Of a stretch of DNA of 64,000 nucleotides, positions 38,850-53,396 are shown piece by piece. Position numbers and translations under genes: made by a program. Positions within the stretch are counted from its first letter, which is position 1. Every line of letters starts with the position of its first letter. Origin of the DNA: Trichoplax adhaerens (lineage: Eukaryota; Animalia; Placozoa); contig NW_002060948.1 in NCBI RefSeq assembly GCF_000150275.1, positions 2,410,180 through 2,474,179 of the forward strand. The letters are read 5' to 3'. A model generated the notes under the pieces. The model worked only from the letters and a program-made list of their open reading frames with translations. It had not been told where the DNA came from and did not search any database.

Positions 38850-41800
38850 ACTGATTCTTAGTTAGATTGTTACAACAAATTTTTTACCATCAAAATCGTA
38901 ATCGATAGACAAACTGAAAAGAATGTTTTAGAGTTGGACGCATTAGTTTTATACTAATCGAATGTCGCTCGTTGAGTGTTATAATGGCAGGAATGGTAAA
39001 GGTGGATGAATAAATAGTTAAATTTTTTTCACGAGTCCTTCTTTTGTTTCTTATTTCGCCTTATTAATCTATTCAACGTTGCTTTATATATTTTATCTTT
39101 TATTCCTGCCTTAATTCAATTTGGTCACAATGAAAATAAGCCATTTAATTGGAATTCTTTTGATGCATAGACAGTATTTCGATCACATGAGCGTAAATTT
39201 ATTATACCATTCGTGTTATCAAGCTATTCTAATAAACATGTATAAAAAAAAAGGTAGAATTTTTGTTAGAGAAACCTACAAAATGTCGATCAAACGAAAC
39301 CAATAAATATTCCTACTTCTCGGTCTAAGTGTCAAGTTTTTAACGAGGAGGAAATAGTACAGATGCTTTTGTACTGTACTTGTGCAATATCATTTTCAGA
39401 ATTAATATGCCATACTAGTACGAATGAAATAGATTTAAGTATTCATAACTTTACTTCTTTACCGTAGAGATCAGGATATCCAATCCATCTTTAGAGGCAG
39501 GATAAATATTGATTAAAAATTTAAATTCATGCTTTGATGTCTTTAAAGCCAAATCAAAAATCGCAGTATTTTTGGCTCAGAGACTTTCATTCAGATAAAA
39601 ATTCTCTTTTCCTTCTATCTTATTGTTTCCCAGACACTGTACAGAAAAAATTGACGATAGGTATACAGTATCATGAAACCTTTAAATTAACGTTATTCCT
39701 TACCATAATCACATTTATCTACGTCCATGTCATATCGTTGCATCTGTTTATAGCTAATTTAAATTAATAATTTATTCATATCCAGCAAACCTGTACCAAG
39801 ATAGATTTGATGACGATAAATCAGATCAATATAACTATAGAAGTATAAAAAATACCGCTAACCATTTATGTCTGATCTCTATTTTCCTCTTTTTCTTTTT
39901 TCCTTATATAACTTATGATTGTAGGACTGAAAGAACTTTCTGTAGTATAGTCTAATTTATCAGTTCCCTTTAACGTGATAGAATCGTACTTATTAAGCAA
40001 TTATAACTGAACTAACTATAGCCCTGTATTCAAAAAGAGAAGAATTAGGCTACTATGCCAATAAAGCTATACGAAAAGACTTAAATATAACTATATACAA
40101 TTTTTAAACGAACAATCATTTTGCTGTTTTAGCCAGACACAATAAAGCTACGATATAATTAAAATACTAAAACTAATTAATCAATGCAAAAAGAATGACC
40201 CTAGAGGAAGTCGAATTACTTTTATGTCATCCAGTGATACGCTGAACTACATAAGCTTACTAGTATGAATGATTTACATGAAATAGATGAACTATCAATA
40301 CTGTCGATGTTTATCAAATCTATTATCAATATATAAACTTTTAAAACTAAAAAATTTATAACACTATCGATTGATAAATAAAAGCTCTTAATAACTAACT
40401 CACTGTACTAACAATATCCAAAGAAATCGATCTTAAACTCCCTCGAGTTGCATTAAATAAAGCTCTCAGATCTGTTATCATTAATGATTTATTTTAACTT
40501 CTTCCTAAATCCTGATTCCTGAAGTATCAATAAAATAGATCAGTCTCGAATAAGATTGAATTGTTTAGAAAGAACAATAGGTGTAATTTTTCCTTACGAC
40601 GCATATTTTTATTATTTTAATGGGATATTCGACGATATTCTAGAATAGTGCTAGTACGAGTAGTTTAATGTATGGCTACTAGAAATACTTTTATACGCAA
40701 TATCTGCCATTACTAATTGGCTATTATTGCCACCAACTCATTATACGGAAAGTAGATTCGGTAAACTGATCAAATATCAACTGTCGCCTAAAGATTGTAA
40801 GGTGTGTGATTGACATTACCGCTTTGAAACTCTTGGACAGCTCAACACCTTTCCTCATGCTAGGATATGGATAGTAAAATGTGGATATTTAAGAATCCTA
40901 TTCAAATTCTTGTTCTTCTACCGTTCTTTAATACGCCTAGCTACTCCTATCAGTTCAATTATAAAATAAGAAAAACATTTAAAGATCGGCGGATTAAAAT
41001 AGAATTATCTAGCGAAAATAATTACAATGTCAGACAATAAGATTAGAATAGATTTTATTTCAATTTATTTTTTGGTTGGCATGGCAATTGAATTGATATC
41101 GTCTTTTATTTACCGTAATTTTACAAGTATTAATACCAAAAAAGTTAAAAATTGACAATATACAGTTAACTGTCACTGATTATACTGAAATTGAGGACGT
41201 TTTAGAGTTAGATGAAGTCATTGAGTGAATTTTTTCTCCTTATTTATTAATATTCAGGATCATTATTACCGATTACTGGCTATTTTAAAGTCCCGACGAA
41301 GGATAGGTTTCTGTAATGTGTACATTAGGCATAACGATCATGGGCTTACAATGTACACCAAGTATTGCATTCTATAAGGCATTAGTTATTTTATTCTCCC
41401 TTTCTTGAATTTTTAGTATCTTCTTTCCTCTGGAAGACCTATATAATGCATAGATTAAGATGTGATATCAAAACTATTTTTGGATGGAAAGATTCATAAA
41501 TCTTCTTCTCGTCATGAGTCTAATCCTTTAGTTGTCATTAATTATCAACCTCCTTTGTTGCATTGGTTAAAATTCAACAAGATATCCTTGTTTATATATC
41601 ATTTTATATAACTGCATTCTTTTTCCATATTTCGATTAAACGTTTGCATAATGGGTACTCTGTTGAATTTAAAGGAAATCGTCTACTGTTATTACGGCGA
41701 TCCGTGGCATGTGTTAACCTAAAATTTATTACAATATGATCAAAATAAAGCTTTCAGTGTAACTCGTTAACGCCGAAGCTAGCCTTCAAAACGACGTTTA

Positions 41801-44800
41801 TCGTTTGTAAATTACGCTATTCTCGTTCGACCTTTAAATCATCGAGTGAAGATTTTAACACTCTTCACCTATTACAGTTATCGAAAATGGTTAAGGCAAA
41901 ATGGATTAAAATGTATAAGATAAGAAAAATCTCATTTTTACATATATCCACGATCTACATCGACTGTTATATATCTTGCACTTTATTTACAGTATAGTAC
42001 ATGCAGCAGAGACCTTCTATATACTGTATTATATTACTGTTTAACACTAGGTCATAGTACACCGCTTTACTGGCGGTCTGCAACTTTTCCTTCTTTTCTT
42101 ATTAAAATACAAGCGTAATATATAACCAAGTCACTGGTCAACTGGACAACTATTTCTACAATATAATGAGATATACACGTATGATACCGAATTATTAGGA
42201 TATACTGTATGTTCTTATACAACGCTTTCCTAAAGCGGAGGTCAAATAAAATCAGATTTGATCACAGTCACAGATCGCGTATCCATACAAATTCCAGATT
42301 TTAGGACCAGTATCTCTTGCATGGTCGAAGCTCTGGTAGTTGCAAATATCTGCGACTGGGATGATTGCTAGTTGAGCGATTTTTCCTCCTTTCTGCAGGT
42401 GACTGTGATGCAGTTTCGCATTACTTACAATATAATGCAATACAGGGCAAGGACCGTAGTTTACTGTAGGTTGCCCCTCACATCTGAAGTGTTTTTATTT
42501 GTGAAAAACAATTTACCTGTTTTATAGATTATCTTCAGAAGCATCTGATCTTGTCTGAATTTTACTTAACACCAGTAGTGGTTTGCAATGCTTACCAATA
42601 TAGAGACCAACTCGTCACCAAATATAAGCGTGACCATGCACGATACAATGCCAACTCAATTTGCGATTTAAAGCCTACAATTCCTTCTTATAAACATAGA
42701 AGGTTAGCCATGGAGTAAATTTTAGTTCTGCTCTGTCTCTTCCCGATAACCAAGTTTTTGGATAATATTGTGCCTTAGGTTAATATTGTAAAGATTTATA
42801 TACAGTACTGTAGATAGTAAAACCATGGTAAAATACTTTATTACAAAACATTTATATTAATTGTACATGCTACACATAATTATTTTATATAATACTACTC
42901 ATATACGTTACATCGTGATCGATTTGACAGTATGCACAGTTGCTGATGTTATCCAGTACTGCCTTGGACTGCATCAAGGACCACCAAAAGAAGACCAGGT
43001 ATTCTTCTAGTGGTCCATGACTATGTACATACACTTACTTATGAATTTCTAAAATATTGTCACCCGTGATGATATGCACTTTGAGCAAGCGCTTATAATA
43101 GTACCGCTGTGATGATTGAATAAGGCTACGCATATTGTAATGATGGATTAATTTGATTTAATTAATTTCAGAGTTTTTTTATTTTAATTTGGTAGTAATA
43201 ATATTCACTGTTATACTATAGCATTAGTATTCTAGCATAATAATTTTCCTTAATTTGATAGTTATTAGAATTGCCTAGAGTAGATTGCAGGGATTGTACA
43301 AACTTGTCTAATGATCTACAATAATAAACTAGACTGTAGACTTCTTGCAGCTAGTAGATTATATGCAGTATTGACAATTCGGAAGGAAAAATCTTTTGCC
43401 GCAATTGAATAGCATAGTTTCTGTGTCCTTTTTGCTTTTGCGGTAACGTTTTAAAGCCTCACTTTTAAAGATAATAAGGTCGCGACATTATTTGTGGATA
43501 TAAGTACCATGCTTTCCATTATTATTGTAGGGTTTTAGGGTTGTCAGTGTAGCACTGGGCGTTATATTGGACTGGATGGGATATTACTGCATACGGTACT
43601 TGTCCATAACAGCTTTAATGAATGCGTATAGTGATTAAATGCACAGTAAGAAGTGAATCACCACGGATTATATCGTTTTATCCGCAAGAGGTCACAACAG
43701 TGCTCGGCAAATGCATCTTTGTTTACATTAGTGCCATGAGCAATTGAGCATATCGCAGCATATTAACCCTTGTCGTGTACCGTGACAAGGACTACTAAAA
43801 GAAATGGAAGCAGGCAGGTGGACTTCTTCTAGTAATCCGTGACCATGACTAGGACTGTATTTGTACAGTAGACCATGCACTAATTGTTTAAGGGTAGATA
43901 TTAAAATTTATGAGTTTGCTCGACACACTATGTCCTGCAAATTGTAATTGTACTTGGTGTTGTCCTCATCACTGACAGTCAGCACAAATTGGTCAACATA
44001 TATATTATGGGACTGGTCATTATTAATGAATGATCATGCGATATTTTAGTCGCATATCGTACTCAGTATGCAATCGTCAATGAAATTCTAACGTTCCTTG
44101 CAAAAAATAGTAACGCCAATCTACCACGATATGGTAGTAGGCTTAAATAGCAACGCTAAATCTATTACTACAATAGTGTAGTGTAAACCGGGAATTGCTA
44201 ATAGGAAGAAGAGATTTCCCTCTCACTTTCTTAAACCGTTGTTAAGTACATTAAGAGCGTACAGTAAGACTGTCATTTCGCAGTTGTCACGCCATAACGC
44301 GTTGTAAGGTTATTATGAGTACAGTCTACTTTATATGAAAACCCTGAACACAATTACCCACGTTAATTTGAGCTCCGCCTTTGCATACTCGTATAATTCA
44401 GCGATGTTCTATTTCGTAAAATAAATCACTGTCTCAGCCTCCGATTGCATAGAAATACTCATTTTAGACATTGAAAGAAAATAATTATGCTAATTCTAAC
44501 CATTTTCATAGACGATTATATTATTTATTTAAAAGTATTATCTCAATCATACTCGATATAACCAATATATACTCGATTTTAATCATTCTTTTTATACATT
44601 GGATAACGTGCTATAGCATATCATAAAGTGTCGCTTATATCGCAAAATCACTTCATTCTAATAAAGCTTGGTAATACTGTCAATAACCATTGTCCAAGAG
44701 ATTAAATCATTTGTATGCGTCATCAAATAGAAAGGCATTCCATCAATCACAGAGTTTGCATAACAATGTTGCATAGGATGAAAATAGCTTACCAATTGTT

Positions 44801-44939
44801 CTGGTTGTCATTTAAGAATCCTTAGAAGGTTGATCGACGAACGGCAACGTTTTAAGTATCCATAAATCTCAAGTAGAAGTTAAGCTACTTTCTCTTGGGA
44901 CATCCTTTCCGTGTTGATCGATCTTAAACTGAAATAGCT

Positions 44940-47900
44940 ATGAAACTACAAGGAATAGCTAGTATTTTCGTCTTATATTTACATTTAACGACCTTAGTGA
45001 TCCATCAGATCTCATATAAGGGTAATGTTGATGCGGTCATTACCTTACGAAAGAATGGCTATGAAGGAATTGTACTGGCTATATCCGAACAAGTAGAAGA
45101 AAAGTCCTACTCAGACTTAATCGACGTTTTAAACACTACACTGGCTCGAGCATCTGTCTATCTATTTAGCGCGACCAAACAACGTGCTTATTTCAAAGGT
45201 ATTACTATTCTAATACCTGAAACCTGGGAGGATAACAGTATATATGAACCGGCCACCAGTGAAACTTATAACACAGCTGATATACGAGTAGATTATTATC
45301 CAGGTGCAAGATCAGCAACTAGAGCCAGAACTGTCGGTTTGACTCAATGTGGTGGTTTTGGCCAATATATCTTAATATCACCACAACGCTTCTATAAGTT
45401 TGCTTGGTCGCCAGCTAGAATGATAGTCCATGAATGGGGTCATTTACGTTACGGCCTATTTGATGAATATCCGTACTCGGTGGACGAATTCTCTTACTTA
45501 AGTAAAATATATTTTGAAGACAAACAATCATTTCCTTACTGTAGCATTTTCTTTAATCAACTAAATCAATTTATATTATGTTTTAACACGATATTGTTAA
45601 TAATGCAATTCAATTATAATGAAACGATAAAAATGATCATGTTTTAGTTATTTATAGTAATTACAACTTCTTACCCATGCATAGAATTATTTGTTACTAT
45701 TTCAGGCTATTAGTTCTATAGACATATCCTTAGATGTCTTCTATTCTAAATACGTAAAAGCCAACGACTCTTCAAACCTTAGTTACTCTTAGTTGTTACA
45801 TTACTGTAGTTAGTGTTGCTCAATTTTCTCGCATTACTTCAGGGTATCTTTCATGATGATTGATTCTTAACGAAGAATATCACTCTATTCCCATTACTAC
45901 AACATCACATATAAATCTGATCATAGCTAATAAATCTAGTCTAGCTAGTACTTTATACTCTTCATTATATAGTAGTACGCGAATATCACCTAGAAATGTG
46001 AACTGACCAAATCTGACTTACCTTAACTTAAGTAAAGGACAAAGCTTTAGCACTCTTATCGTTATACGATTACAATAAAGTAATTTATTAGATGCTCAAA
46101 TTGTTTATTAATTAAACGTTTAGACGTTTTCTAAAATACGCACACAATTACAAGTACTGTAAAAGTAAATTTAGATTGTAAACATATCATACTTCAATTA
46201 TCTTGCTTATCGCACTCTATGAGCTGATAAATCATACTTTATTATCGGCACAAAGCTTTAAAAATTAATTGATACAGAGTAATATAGCATATATTCGAAT
46301 TTATACCGTACCTGCCTATTCATAGATCATTTTTTTATTTCATATTTTCTAAGTAAGAAGAGATGATTTTAATGCGTGAACGATATTTTAGTTGCAAATT
46401 TTATATCCAAAAAATTCGAATGATACGATAACTGATACTGCTTTCAATGATAATGGATTAGATGATGCCGGGGAAGTACAAGTAACTCGATGCAACTCTC
46501 AATTGCCCGGTGCTGTTTTCAATAGACGCACCTATGCGCCTTGCACTTATCCATACACGGCAGACTGTGTTTTTTTACCACAAAATCCCAGCGTTCCATC
46601 AGGATCCATCATGTATGATCATAATATTCCATCTGTAAGTATAGTAGTTGAAAGCTAAAAGTACCTCCAGGTATACTAATTACACTCAGACATCGTACGC
46701 TGCAATAATATTTTTCCCATTAATATCAGGGATTACTGAAATAGATAATAATTTTAGTTCTCTCTAGGAAGTATACTGTAATTAGTCATATATAATAGGC
46801 TTCGGCGTTGTTGAATCTATTTAATATAGAGTAGAGAGAAAACTATTCGATTACACAATTATTATTTTTTATTACTGATTCATCTAAAAAGGCACTGACC
46901 TTCTTATTTGCTTCTCCAATGTAGTAAATTTTCTAACGATTGCAGCTGCTAGTCTATGTTAAAATTTTCTCTCCATTTCGCAAATACTAGGTCCTTCACT
47001 TTTGCGACAGCAATTCTGATGATCCTGCTACCTACCACAATACTTTACCTAACAATCGTCACAATCGATTATGTCAAATGCGTAGTGCTTGGGACATTAT
47101 GAGACAAGGGGTCGATTTTCGAAATAATGCAAATCCACCGGCAAATATCAGTGATACTAGGCCATTAATCAGACTTGTAAGAGCCAAAAAACCTCGTACA
47201 GTATTGGTACTAGATGTTTCAGGTAGTATGCGCGGAAAACCAATGGAGCAATTGCAGCAAGCTGCAACAAACTTTCTACTTAATGTAGCTCAGAATGGAA
47301 GTTTTGTAGGTTCGTTTATTTTTATTTATTATAAGTGATTTCAATTTAGTAATGACCAACATTAAATGGCTTTTATGTTGTAAATATTTAACTTATTCAC
47401 TCGAGAATTGTTTTGATTTCTTGCAAATATCAATGCAATTTACGGTATCAATTTGCTATCAAATAGGGATTATAACATTTTCCAGTGCTGCTTCCATCCG
47501 TAGTAGCTTAGTTCAAATTAATGATGATGCGGATCGGCAACGACTAATTTTGCTACTGCCATCTGGAGCTAGTGGTTCTACAAGTATCGGAGCCGGAATA
47601 CAAGCGGGAGTTAAAGTATGTTAATATCATCTTTAAAGCGTGAATCTATTTCGTTCCTATAAGTTAGTACTTCATAGCCTCTCTAGCTTAACTAATTATT
47701 AGATTTGTGTACTATTTCTATGGTTTTCATTGCGAAGGTAACTGATTCCCTAAATTAATACCTTTTCTAATAACCGTAATCTACAATTAATCTTTTTTAC
47801 GGAATTTGTTAGCGGCTTTAATCTAAACTATTTTCCATTTACGCTGAAAATGTGCTCGTATCCTTTTTTAGGCCATTCTTTTTAAGTATATTATTTGCAT

Positions 47901-50900
47901 TAATATTAATTGGTTATTGCAGATATTGAAGGCATCTGTTGGAAACAAATCACCCAGTGGTGGTACTTTAATTGTCTTGTCAGATGGGAGAGAAAATCGA
48001 TCTCCGACTATTGCAGATGTCAAAAAGCAAGTGCTAGATAACAAGATTACGGTCCAAGGAATATCATTTGGATCTTTGGCATCTGTAAAATTGCAATCGC
48101 TGTGCTATGAAACTGGTGGTTTATCATTTTTCGTTCCTAACGATGATACAGCAAGATTAGTCAATGCGTTTACGACAATAGCGGAAAAAAATAATTATGG
48201 CCGAACGGCACCAGTATCGCAGGTATGTCTGTATATCAAACTAAATTATTTATATGAATGGTGTCCTACAGATTATCGTTCTAAAGTTACTAGTAAATAT
48301 GGGAAACGATAGTAGCATATGTTGCTAGCGCTGCCATAATTTACTGGTATTAATCACCATTTCAATAGAGTATCTAGTCTTTCTAAAAATACTAGCAAAT
48401 AAATATATCATTAGATTGCCTAGTAAAGAGTGGCAGGACTTACGGTTTCTGTTCTAGCCCATATCCGAAATTAGACCTGGGCATGTTTGGACTTATGGTT
48501 ATAAGTTTAATTTCAGTATGCCGGTTATAACTACATATCCTATATGATTTAGGCTGGTTTATTTTAGTCCTTTGCAATTATATATTATCAAAGTATTTTA
48601 ATAATGTTACATTACTTACCGTATTAATATTACTACTTTAATCATGCCCATTACAAGCTTGTAAATTAAGAATTTGCTCTTTCAATCGTGATTAGATATA
48701 TCTTAAAAAATTTACTGTGGAAACCAAAAGCCCATTTAACGACTCTATTTCGCTGGATGATGGAAACAGCGTTGGTCTTGAGTTTACGTTCTTGTGGATA
48801 TCGTCAAATGCAATATACACTATCACAGCTCCTGATGGAACCACCTATAATGCAACATCTGCCGAATATTCCACTTATTCAGCCCGTAAACTTAGTCAAT
48901 TTACTTTTCCGGCCAGTTCCGTCATGGTAACAATAATCTTCAACATGCAAGCTAATCTACTTTATTTACAAATAGAAGCTAAGATTGTTGATATCAATAA
49001 ATTTTAACATAGTTTTTTTCCAAAATAATAAGGTTGGAGAATGGAAATTCTCAGTAAAGTTGCTTTCTAGTCCAAGTAAACAAGATATTGTTGCTACCGT
49101 TACCTCTAAAGCATCTCTCAATGCTGACAGTGACCCTTTAAAACAACCCGTCAGCGTTGTTGTAACAGTAGACAAATCTGCAATTGTATTCCCTAGCCCA
49201 GTAAGTTAATATACCTGAATAAAGCTAAGATTGGTGAAGACGGTGACTAAAATCGTTTTCTACGTCCTTTAGGTACTGATTACTGTCAACGTGCAAAAAG
49301 GTTATTTAGCAGTGCTTAATGCGGAAGTTATGCTAACTATTTCTACGCCAGTTAGCAATAAATTTGTTCTGCTACCAGCAAATGATAAAGCATCAGGTTC
49401 GTTATATTTCGTTGAACAAAATTGTAACATTTTCCTTGTACACCAACTCTATTTTAGTACAGTATGATTGTTTCCAAACTAACTTGAATATACTTAGCTA
49501 ATTCTGGTACTAGATTCCGACAATTATGAAATAATATCTTCTGTATTCAAGAAAAATCCCTAAAATTTAATGCAATTTTCATTTAATAATATTATAGCTA
49601 ATATCATTCTATTAGCAATATACCTTATGCTACGTTATAATGAAAGTATTGATTGAGATAGATTGTTTAATATTATCGGAATACTGTTATTTTTTAAATA
49701 TTTATTTATTAGTTGATTGTCATTTAATAGACAATCACCTGATCATAATAGCTTCGGTATCTAAGCTTCCTATTTTAATTTTCATCTGTTCAAGTTCAGC
49801 TTGAATTTATATACTTCGTAATATGCTGAATTAAGCCAGCATTGGCCATATACAGTATTATATGATATATCCAGTAATTCGAAAAAAATAGGCTACGTAA
49901 GAGAAAAATAGAATGTAATAAATTACCTTATAAATATTATAAACCATTTTAACTAATGCCATAGTACAGAATGACTACTGTATTTACGAAATTAAACAAG
50001 ATTCGCAGCTGTATCGTAGATTAAACTGTCCTATGAGAACAGAAAGCTTTAAAACTCTATCTTTACTAATCATGTGTATGCATATTGAACTTACCATTTT
50101 TATACTACAAACTTAAACTAAAATGACGGAATCATTGTAAAATAGTCCATCTTCCTTGTTTATAGGGGCTGATTTAGTCAAGGATGACGGTATCTATTCC
50201 GCATTTTTTACACAATTTAATGCAAATGGTCGCTACAGCATTCAAGCACAAGTTAAAGCTGCTCAAAATAAATCATTTATCAATTTTAACTATGTCATTG
50301 GTGTTGGCAGCTTACGAAATGGCGGCCAGTTTGTTGTCAATGGTAGCGAAAGTGCCGAAAATGATAACACTAATTTTGCCAATCTTGGCCTTAATGAATT
50401 TACTCGTATTACCTCCGGTAGTCTAATTGAAGTTTCAGATTATGTAAAAGGTGCAGCAAAGGATTTATTGCTATCTCTTATTACTGATACTACAACCATT
50501 GATCACATTAACTTACAACGTACATTAAACGAAATTTCTAGGTGTCGACAAAATCCCGCCAGCCAGAGTACATGGCTTGGAAATTACACATATCGATTCC
50601 AAAAATATGACCATAACTATTTCATTCCCAGCTCCCGGTGACGATATGGACACTGGCACAGGTATGTTGAAACTAGTTATTAAATGAATCGGTACATGCC
50701 CATTAGCATCAACCGAAGCATATAGATATTAGTGATTACTCCACGTTTATTTTTTATCCAAATATTCCAATTACGTGTAAATTAGAGAGTATAATGTAAA
50801 CTTTTTCTGTAGTCATCGATTCAATTTCGATATAAAATAAAAAGCAATCTCATATGACCAAAATGAGAAATAAATGTTTATGATCATTATACTATGCAAT

Positions 50901-51381
50901 AATGTCAGAATGTAAATATAAAATATACTAAAATCGATCACTAAATGGAATCTGTTTTTCTGATTTAATTGCAGCTTCCTCTTATATTATCCGATATAGT
51001 GCAAATTACAGCATATTTATAAATGACTTCCAAGCCGGAATCGAACTAACAAAAAATGATTTTCTTAGTGAAAGTAGTAATATTTCAAGCCCAATGCCTG
51101 CCGGTACTGTTGAACAATTTGTAGTCCATTTGCCCGATGCGGCCTTTAATAGACCATATACATTTGCTTTACAAGCATACGATGATGCTGGACTTGCTTC
51201 GCCAGTATCCAACTATGCTCAAGGAAGATTTCAACCACAAATTCCACCTGGATCTGGTCTTACTGCTGGCCAGACGGCTGGTATAATTATTGGAATTTCG
51301 ATCTTTCTCATTGTTATCCTCATTATAACAATCTGCATTCGGAAAAAAACCTATCTAGGTGATAAATATGTTACTAAGTAA
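44940..51381 (+). CDS. CLCA: Calcium-activated chloride channel regulator (CLCA) family protein, paralog a, about 945 aa, 11 exons
   Basis: Exons read by hand: 44940-45501, 46462-46634, 46991-47309, 47467-47615, 47923-48222, 48696-48926, 49033-49200, 49273-49396, 50166-50450, 50542-50661, 50975-51381 (sum 2838 nt, in frame, GT-AG introns). Signal peptide, NGYEGIVLAI, zincin HEWGHLRYGLFDEY, VWA MIDAS DVSGS, GADLVKDDGIYS, FnIII-like APGDD, C-terminal TM helix. Confidence 0.93.
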
Positions 51382-53396
51382 TCGGTTCTCCAATCCCATT
51401 TATTGCAAAACTGAATAATCACGCTGCGATGATATAACTATTATAACTTTAAACCCTTCCCTATCATTAATAATTAATATACCTACTAATTCACCGATAA
51501 ATTCTTAATTCTACTATACTTCATGAAAATGTTGTGGTACTTACACTGTACACTTTCTTACGATTGTTTTTTACCATATGGAAATAACGTCGATAGTAAA
51601 AATCGTATGAATATTTTCTATCGACTGTCTTTTGTGATAGAAAGTAAAATTTTAAAACAATATCCTTTTTTAACCTATAATCATTTTGTTATATGATTCC
51701 TCAATACGGAATATTATGGATAATTTATCATTAAATTGTAAGTTTAGGGAAAGCAAAACGTAGCTACCGGACCGTTCTTTCAATGAGTTGCCATTCAATA
51801 GTTTTTATAGCTGTTTGAAAATCTGCTGTACTCTAAATTTAAATTACCGTTTGATTTGACAACATATCTTTTACGAGTACTTATACAATTGGATGATGGT
51901 TAGCTGTCTTTACCTATTTTTTCTCCGTATGCAATGATTATTTTAGAACATATAAATATAACGCTTAGATCTTTTTAATATGATTTGCAACGCTATCGAT
52001 TCATATACAGCATATATATATATATAACTATATATTTACTGTATATAATTGCATCGACCAGGTAGAATAATAAAGGCTGTTTAAACTGTTCGTAAATAAA
52101 TAACGTTTGCATTACAACTTTATTAGCAGTTTTAATAGAAAATTTAAGAGTGATGTAAGTTAACGGGCATGGGTATCCTATGAATTTGAATGGCAGAACG
52201 CGATAAAATATTGCAACCTTTTTATGCTCAATAGTCTAACGTAAATGAGGTGCTTACATTGGAAATAATTTAGTTTTTCTTTCAAAGTATAGGTATCAGT
52301 ATTTATGTGAATATTTGGTAAATCGGAAATTATATCAATAAGCAGAATAGTAATTAAAATTTTAAATTACCGTATATTATCGAAGTAATTTGAGAATTTA
52401 AAACTATTTAACGAAGACAAAGGATTTAAATGCAGCGTTATCAGAAGTACAAAGACCAGGCAAGCATGATTATTAGTATATCACTCCCTATCACTTTCTT
52501 ATAATCTTGATGCAAAAATTCATTTATAGTTAAGATAATACTTAATGTTAATGCATTACTTGATTACGGCCAAAAGCCTCTTAGAATTATGTAGAAATTG
52601 TACTACTGTAGCGCGGCATTAATTTAAATTTCAATAAATAATAGTGACAAGCTTTAGACGACCATCGATTCAATAGTTAAGGCAGTAAAGATGAAGAAAG
52701 AGTACTGTTTATATTTCAACCACAAGGAAATAAGGTTGCCTTAGATTTATTTGTATGAATAAGATAATTGTGCAGGTATCCGATTGAAATCAAGTATCAT
52801 AAAGTGAAGATCACGGCCTAACAATAATTATTATCGAAATCAAAGAAAAACATAAAGATACTGTAGTTGAAAGAATAAGTAATAAAACTGCAGATTTTAT
52901 AAAAGTCTTAAATATCAGATATCAAAAATTAATGCGGCATATAACATAAAATTGAGTACATTTATGGATAATCAATACGTCGGTTACAATTATAACATTA
53001 TAGTATAGAATTTACGGAGGTTACGAAATAGTTGATTATCAGCAGATATTTTGCCTAAGGTAGTAGATAGAAGCCAATTTGAGATAAAAGCGAGGTATAG
53101 TTATGAGCCATTTTAGAATTTGCCTGAAATGCTATTGCATACTAGAATATGATTCTGACAAAAAATGATATATTTATTATGTTACTGCAAAATAGGTAAC
53201 ACAATTTGGTGGAACGTTGTCATTATTACATCAGAGGAGATATTTCGAGTATTAACTTTCAGTATTTTCAATCTTATTTAATTAAATGCAGTATTCATTA
53301 AATGCTTATGAAACAACCAGCTAAGTTGTATGAAATTGATTTTAATTCCGATCGATAAATGAACTATCGATATCGTCCCATTAAACTAAAGTAATT

